64,000 bases of DNA, taken from contig CAXXMB010000001.1 in NCBI GenBank assembly GCA_963668675.2, positions 896,001 to 960,000 on the forward strand, given 5' to 3'. Below, one piece after another: positions 58,316 through 64,000 of the stretch. The stretch comes from an uncultured Desulfatitalea sp. (lineage in GTDB: Bacteria; Desulfobacterota; Desulfobacteria; Desulfobacterales; Desulfosarcinaceae). Position 1 is the stretch's first letter, and every line of letters starts with the position of its first letter. The notes under the pieces are model-generated. The model saw only the letters and a program-made list of their open reading frames with translations, ran no database searches and was not told the DNA's origin. Position numbers and translations under genes: made by a program.

Positions 58316-60613
58316 CTACCGGCCGAAGGCGCCTGCCGCGCGATCCTGCCATCGGGTCCTTTCAGCGTCCACTTGGGATAGCGTCGACGCTGTCAACAAG
58401 GAACGCGCGTACGCTTGTGCTTCTGAGATCGAGATGGATGCGATCGTCTTTTGAACAGTGGGAATAAATTGTGGCGCCACACTTAGTCGACGCACTCCAA
58501 TTCCGACCAGAAAGGGTATAAATTCGGTATCATATGCAACTTCGCCACACACGAAAACCGGTTTTTGGCGAGCAGAGACCCGCTCGACGATATGTGCCAG
58601 GGCCCTTAAAATGGAGGGGTGGAAGGGCCGATAATAGTCGGCCACATTTTCGTTGGTGCGATCGACAGCCAGCATATACTGGATAAAATCGTTGGTTCCG
58701 ATGGAGAAAAAATCGGCCTTTTCGGCCAGTTCATCAATCACGGTCAGAACCGATGGCATCTCGATCATTGCGCCGATCATCGGATGGGAATGGTGGTCCG
58801 TCCCTTCTGCCGAAAGCGCGTCAATCGACTGTTGAAGCGCGTGGCTGGCAGCCTCGAATTCGTCCAGGGAGGAGATCATCGGAAACATGATCCCCAAGTG
58901 CGTCGCGTCGGCACCGGCGCGCAGAATGGCCCTTAACTGCTGATCGAAAACATCCCGGTGCTTGAGCAAAAATCGGATCGAACGCAATCCGAGTTCCGGG
59001 TTGGCCTCCTGGGGAAGATTCAAATAGGGCAACACCTTATCACCGCCGACATCCAGCGCCCGGATATGAATGGGCAGGTCGGCCATCTCCTCGAAAAGGC
59101 GCGTGTAGACCTGATACTGCTCCTCTTCCGAGGGCAGCACCGAACGGATAATGAAAGGAAACTCGGATCGATAAAGCCCTATCCCTTCAGCCTTGAGCTC
59201 CCGGGCTGTGCCCAACTCACTGAGCAGGTTGATGTTGGCCAACAGATGAATACGAGTGCCATCTGCGCTGTAAGTCTCAGGCGTCACCGATTGGATGTCC
59301 CCGGCAACCTTTCTGCGCGTCTGATTGCGCTCCTCAAATGTCCGGCGCACCTCTCGGGATGGATTGATATAAATATTGCCCACATCGGCATCCATCAGGA
59401 TACGGGTTCCTTCCGGCAGCTGAAGCAACTCCGTTTCAGAGGTGATAATCATCGGAATCATCAGCGACCTGGCAATAATGGCGACGTGCGAGGTGACGCC
59501 CCCACCGACGAGAATGATGCCGGCTACCGATTCCGAGGCCAATTTAAGCACATCCGAAGGGAAAAGCTGGGATGAGATCACGATGTGGGCATCGATGGGA
59601 CTGTTGTTGTTGGCTCTCTCCTTCTGCAGGTTGTAAAGCATCCTCCGCGCCAGATCGAGAATGTCCTGCGCTTTTTCACGTATGTAGGGGCTCGCACTCT
59701 TTTCAAAGGTCTCGATGAAGTGTCGGGCCACGTGGCGCACTGCATCTGCAGCCGTTCCCCCCTGATGGATAAACGAGGCGATCTGATCTTCAAAACGAGG
59801 GTCTTTCAAGATCATATAATGAGCCTCGAAGATGAGGGCGGCACTCTCCGGCAGTTGCATCACCAGCCGATCCTGTAACCGTTTGAGTTGCTGCAAGGTC
59901 TCCTGCTTGGCCATTCGATAGGCCTTTAAAGAGTCGTGGAAAGCCTTCTCGGGCATATCCAGCAGCAGTGGATCAACGGGTTTAAGCAGGGCCGCCGGTG
60001 CAAGGGCATACCCGTCCGCCGTCGATTCACCCCTGACAAGTCGAAGTGTATTCAGAAGTTGATCGCTGCTTTTCGATGCTGCCAGGGGGCGCTTCACTTC
60101 GATCATCTGACGGGCATTGGCAATGGTGCCGGCCAACTGGGCTGCAAGGGCACGCAACGCCATCACGTCTGCCGGTTTGAAATAGTTGGCTTGGCGGTGC
60201 TGCACCACCAGTACGCCGATCCTTTCCGAGCCGCGATGGATCGGCACGGAGAGAAATGAATTGAAAGGATCCTCCTTGGTCTCTATGAAGTATTTAAACC
60301 GGGGATTGTGGCACGCCTCCCCTTCGCAAATGGGTACCATCTGCTCCAGGGTCGTTCCGACCAGCCCCTCCCCTATCTTCATTCGCACCCGATCGACGGA
60401 TAGCGGGTCGAGCCCCACAGTGGCCTTGAGAGTCAAATCGTTTTGGGCCGTGTCGTAAAGGTAGATGGAGCCCACTTCCGCATGGAGATGGGAAGCGACC
60501 AGTTGCACGGTTTTCTGCAGGAAGGTGTTGATATCCTCGCTTTCGGTCATCAGATTGGACAATTCGCCTATATCGCACAAGAGGGAGAGATGCTGCTGTC
60601 TGGTTTCGGTCAT
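58316..60613 (-). CDS. ptsP: GAF-containing PTS enzyme I (EI-Ntr)
   Basis: N-terminal GAF; TSHVAI phospho-His; GLYRSEF; EANPELGLR; SIGTNDF. Confidence 0.93.
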   Translation of the reverse strand: MTETRQQHLSLLCDIGELSNLMTESEDINTFLQKTVQLVASHLHAEVGSIYLYDTAQNDLTLKATVGLDPLSVDRVRMKIGEGLVGTTLEQMVPICEGEACHNPRFKYFIETKEDPFNSFLSVPIHRGSERIGVLVVQHRQANYFKPADVMALRALAAQLAGTIANARQMIEVKRPLAASKSSDQLLNTLRLVRGESTADGYALAPAALLKPVDPLLLDMPEKAFHDSLKAYRMAKQETLQQLKRLQDRLVMQLPESAALIFEAHYMILKDPRFEDQIASFIHQGGTAADAVRHVARHFIETFEKSASPYIREKAQDILDLARRMLYNLQKERANNNSPIDAHIVISSQLFPSDVLKLASESVAGIILVGGGVTSHVAIIARSLMIPMIITSETELLQLPEGTRILMDADVGNIYINPSREVRRTFEERNQTRRKVAGDIQSVTPETYSADGTRIHLLANINLLSELGTARELKAEGIGLYRSEFPFIIRSVLPSEEEQYQVYTRLFEEMADLPIHIRALDVGGDKVLPYLNLPQEANPELGLRSIRFLLKHRDVFDQQLRAILRAGADATHLGIMFPMISSLDEFEAASHALQQSIDALSAEGTDHHSHPMIGAMIEMPSVLTVIDELAEKADFFSIGTNDFIQYMLAVDRTNENVADYYRPFHPSILRALAHIVERVSARQKPVFVCGEVAYDTEFIPFLVGIGVRRLSVAPQFIPTVQKTIASISISEAQAYARSLLTASTLSQVDAERTRWQDRAAGAFGR

Positions 60614-60715
60614 GTTCTCCGCTTTCGATTGTGATGGTTTCGGTTCGAATGGATCTCATCTGTTTGCCTTATTTGTCAATATGAGATGCAATCGAGATGA
60701 CTCAACCCCATCGAC

Positions 60716-60747
60716 AAAAAAAAGGGGCTCTTTGCAGAGCCCCTTTT
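60716..60747 (-). terminator. Rho-independent terminator
   Basis: AAAAGGGGCTC-TTTGCA-GAGCCCCTTTT with a T8 tract on the minus strand, after the GT41 gene. Confidence 0.8.
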
Positions 60748-60777
60748 AAAATGCGTGTTGAAAAGGTGAAGGTCTGA

Positions 60778-62769
60778 TTATTGGGGCGAAATCTTTTTCA
60801 AGTAATCCCCCCATATCCGGTCGTAGGCTGCCTCCAAATTTTTCACATAACGGTCGATGTCAAAAAGAGGATAGATCCCCTTGTTCGTTTCCAATCGGGT
60901 TTTCACCTTTCGGAGCTGGTCACTATCTGCAGCCAGAGCCACGGCAAAACGTTCGTAACTTTGCAAATCATGCGCAACCAGATCGTCCATGCCGATTGAT
61001 TTTAAAATGCTGCCGGCCACACGCGATGCAAAATGCTCCCCCATGCAGGTAATCACCGGGATTCCTGCCAAAAGGGCGTCCGTTGTCGTGGTGTGACCGT
61101 TCACAGGCAGGGTGTCGAGGGCCACGTCCGCCACCCTCATGCGTGCGATGTGTTTCGGCTTTGGCAGTGGCGATGCAAAAACAAGGCGTGTTGGGTCGAT
61201 TCCATACGCGGCAGCACTGCGGCATAGGTTCTCGCGCGCCTCATCGGACCTGACAATCAGCCACAATACACTACCGGGTACGGAACGCAGAATCCTCATC
61301 CAGCAGGCGAACATCTGCGCTTCGATCTTGTAGTCGGTATTGAACGAACAGAAGACCGTGGCCTGTTCAGGCAGGCCAAGCGACGCTCTTTGAATAATCA
61401 CCGGATCGACGGGGGTCTCCGGATCGTTCGGCTGATAGCAGTCCGGGAGCCAAATCACCTTTTCCGAGTAGTACCCCCGCATCTCCTCGGCAACGATAAC
61501 CCGGTCGGCCACCAGGTGGTCGATAAACGGGGCGCCGGTGGTTCCGGGATATCCCAGATAGCTGATCTGCACCGGAGCCGGACGCAGCGACGCTATGCCC
61601 ATTCGATGGCCGTGCATCCATCCCATCATGTCGACCAGGATATCGATGCCGTCTGAATGGATACGCCTGGCGGCCTCCAGGTCGCTAAGGGTTTGAATCT
61701 CGACGAAGTGGTCCACGCCGTTTTCGACTCTTTTTCGGTAGTAGCTGCCGTCATCCGGCCCCCATGAATAGGCGTATATTTCAAAGCGCTGCCGATCGTG
61801 TCTCCCGAAAATTCCGGAAGCCAGATGAGCCGTTGCGGCATTGCGAAACCGTTGCGAAAGATAGGCGACCTTGATGCGCTTTGGGCGCTGATGATGCTTG
61901 GTAAAGCCCCATTCCGGACGTCGATGGGCATACTCCCGTTGCAGCCAATGGCTCCAGGCACGGGCGATCAACAGATTCTTACGGGGGTCGGTGCTTCGGG
62001 TAAAGTTGAGAAATGGAGATTCCGATGGTCTCCGGCCGGACCTCAACTGCGCGTCGGTGAGACGATCCAAATGATCACCAGCGCTGGACAGCGACTTCCA
62101 GTCGCAGATTTGCTGAAGCAGCGAAACGAGAAGGGCAAGGGCTTCTCCGTTATCCGGTTGCACTGCAAGGCAACGCCTGGCATGTTCCACCGCCTCACCA
62201 GGACGGCCCATCCGATTCAGGGCAAGGCCCAGGTTATAGATCGCCTGGGCATAGTTGTTTTCGATAGCGATGGCGCGCTGAAAGCAGCCAATTGCATTTT
62301 CCAACTCGCCAATGCCCAACAACAGGGTTCCCATGTTGTTGTGGGCTTCGGGCATGCCTGGATCGATCTCCAACGCCCGTTGATAGTGACGGATTGCTTC
62401 TGAAGTCTGTCCTAACGATTTACAGGCGTTGGCCAGATTGTAATGGCCATCCAAGGAGACAGGGTCCAAGTCGATGACCCGACGATACCAGCCGATCGCC
62501 TCTGCATGCCGATGCATGGCGCAAAGAGCGTTGCCGCCATTCAACCATGCTTGCCCCATCCGGTCGTTCAGATCGATGGCACTTTGAAAGCTGGCAAGGG
62601 CTGAATCGAACCGTCCCAACTGAAACAGCGCGATTCCCAGATCGTGATGGGATTCGACGCCATCGGGGTTGAGGCCGATTGCCTCTCTGAACGCAAAAGC
62701 CGCTTCACCGAAATCGCCCTTACGAAAAGCCGCTCTCCCCTTTTCATATGCCTGTTGCCAACGCTCCAC
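60778..62769 (-). CDS. TPR + GT41 (O-GlcNAc transferase/SPINDLY-like) protein
   Basis: TPRs; RPAPVQISYLGYPGTTG; FCSFN..YKI; LDTLPVNGHTT; FASRVAGS. Confidence 0.9.
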   Translation of the reverse strand: MERWQQAYEKGRAAFRKGDFGEAAFAFREAIGLNPDGVESHHDLGIALFQLGRFDSALASFQSAIDLNDRMGQAWLNGGNALCAMHRHAEAIGWYRRVIDLDPVSLDGHYNLANACKSLGQTSEAIRHYQRALEIDPGMPEAHNNMGTLLLGIGELENAIGCFQRAIAIENNYAQAIYNLGLALNRMGRPGEAVEHARRCLAVQPDNGEALALLVSLLQQICDWKSLSSAGDHLDRLTDAQLRSGRRPSESPFLNFTRSTDPRKNLLIARAWSHWLQREYAHRRPEWGFTKHHQRPKRIKVAYLSQRFRNAATAHLASGIFGRHDRQRFEIYAYSWGPDDGSYYRKRVENGVDHFVEIQTLSDLEAARRIHSDGIDILVDMMGWMHGHRMGIASLRPAPVQISYLGYPGTTGAPFIDHLVADRVIVAEEMRGYYSEKVIWLPDCYQPNDPETPVDPVIIQRASLGLPEQATVFCSFNTDYKIEAQMFACWMRILRSVPGSVLWLIVRSDEARENLCRSAAAYGIDPTRLVFASPLPKPKHIARMRVADVALDTLPVNGHTTTTDALLAGIPVITCMGEHFASRVAGSILKSIGMDDLVAHDLQSYERFAVALAADSDQLRKVKTRLETNKGIYPLFDIDRYVKNLEAAYDRIWGDYLKKISPQ

Positions 62770-62853
62770 GATATGCCCTACCCTGAACTCTTCTGGTTTA
62801 ATTGATCTGGAATTTTTCCTATACCAAAAGACCCCATCCGGTCCCCCTGCTGC

Positions 62854-64000
62854 TCATCCGTGCGAAGCGGTTTTGCCCAACAGCATTTTTAGCGCATGTT
62901 CCATATGTTTTGCATCGCCCTCGCGGCGCCCCTCTTTTAACCGCTTGATAAGGTCCTTGATGCCAAAGAGAAGTGTTGCCCCAACGACCGATGCCTTCAT
63001 TTTTTTAAAAAGCAAGATGCCGCGTTCAAAATCTTCCATGCAAACGGCCGCCGCTGCGGTCATGAATTGTGCGGCAAGGTAGTCGGGATCTTTTTCGTGC
63101 AGTTCATGTAAAATCTCAAAGGCTTTCCGGGAACGTCCCAGCATCAGGTGACTGACTGCCAGGTTGTACTGCCCTTCTCTCGATCCGGGTTGCAGAACGA
63201 GCACTTTCTGCGCATAATCGTACGCCTCCTCGTAACGGGCCAACTGCCAACTGGCACCGGACATATTGATGAATGCCTCAATGAAGTCGGGCCGAATTTG
63301 GAGCAGGCGCTTCCACAGCACCAGCGACTCTGCCCACATCTCCAACTGTCCGGCCTGGACGGCCAATTCGCGAATGGCGGCAGCATCGTCGCCAAGTTGC
63401 TCCAGTTTTGCATATCCCATGCGGAAATAGTTATCGGCCTTTTTCCTGTTTTTCGTTTCGTTCAGATGGCCATAATGATGAATGGGGATGGTGCAATTCC
63501 CCACACTGTAACCGGCAGATTGCACCGATGGGTCGACCAGTTCATGGACCGGAAACTGAAAGCGAATCTCCGGCCGATTGGGAAAGAGGCGTATCTTACG
63601 GCTGGGGAACCAGCCGATGCCGGCTTCGTGAAGGGGATAGCGGCCGTCGTTGGCGTTCCATTTGACGCTGTTGGCACTGTGGGTGTAGTTGCGCGTCTCC
63701 AGGCGAAATGCCGTGGATGACCCTAAATGATCGGAAAGCATCTTTTTGAGGGCTGCATGATCCTGTTCAGCGATCATCTCATCGGCATCGAGGGCCAAAA
63801 TCCAATCGCCCCTCGCCGCTTCCAGGGCAGCATTGCGGGCAGCGGCAAAGTCGTCCCTCCACTCGATGTGATAGACCCGTGCGCCGAAAATACACGCAAT
63901 ATCTGCGGTACGATCTCTGGAGCCGGTATCGACCAGAACGATCTCCGCAGCGATCTTCTTGACCGAGTTGAGACAGGAGGCCAGAAGAGGCTGTTCGTCT
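62854..64000 (-). CDS. GT2 + TPR glycosyltransferase (5' end outside the window)
   Basis: Frame open to the window edge: CLNSVK..EIVLVDTGSRDRT..DDFAAARN..LDADE..HE..HYG then TPRs. Confidence 0.88.
   Translation of the reverse strand, partial: DEQPLLASCLNSVKKIAAEIVLVDTGSRDRTADIACIFGARVYHIEWRDDFAAARNAALEAARGDWILALDADEMIAEQDHAALKKMLSDHLGSSTAFRLETRNYTHSANSVKWNANDGRYPLHEAGIGWFPSRKIRLFPNRPEIRFQFPVHELVDPSVQSAGYSVGNCTIPIHHYGHLNETKNRKKADNYFRMGYAKLEQLGDDAAAIRELAVQAGQLEMWAESLVLWKRLLQIRPDFIEAFINMSGASWQLARYEEAYDYAQKVLVLQPGSREGQYNLAVSHLMLGRSRKAFEILHELHEKDPDYLAAQFMTAAAAVCMEDFERGILLFKKMKASVVGATLLFGIKDLIKRLKEGRREGDAKHMEHALKMLLGKTASHG

Noticed and set aside
1..64000. CRISPR array, tRNA/rRNA, prophage, transposase or anti-phage system
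   Set aside because: No regularly spaced repeats or signature genes seen; the MotAB-like genes are in flagellar context, not Zorya-like

Overview
Bacterial chromosome segment, probably from a sulfate-reducing Desulfobacterota (inferred from gene families and heavy sigma54 use). 1-22.3 kb is a minus-strand flagellar cluster (flhA'-flhB-fliRQPONML-motB-motB'-motA, flgE-flgD-fliK-fliJ-fliH/I-fliG-fliF-fliE-flgC-flgB) with two sigma54 activators that lack sensory domains. Its oddities are an in-frame FliH-FliI fusion, a second free FliH-like gene, and a MotB paralogue lacking the ion-binding Asp. 22.8-25.5 kb holds a sigma28-driven, alphaproteobacterial-type flagellin with flbT and flaF. 26-43 kb and 60.8-64 kb are TPR-glycosyltransferase/methyltransferase genes (probable flagellin glycosylation), the 26-43 kb block under sigma54 promoters and containing a partly decayed tandem duplication. 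43-57 kb is the best candidate for an undescribed system: a sigma54 redox/sulfur regulon with a RACE-type ASKHA ATPase, flavodoxin, a likely selenocysteine zinc-ribbon protein with a SECIS, a TusA-like protein lacking the carrier Cys, DsrE, CoA-persulfide reductase, DUF1638, two Acr3-like transporters lacking the arsenite-binding Cys, thioredoxin and two Cys-rich PAS activators. Its two main operons share an operator motif. A cNMP-PilZ gene and ptsP follow. No rRNA, tRNA, CRISPR or transposase was seen. All calls come from reading motifs; no database searches were run.
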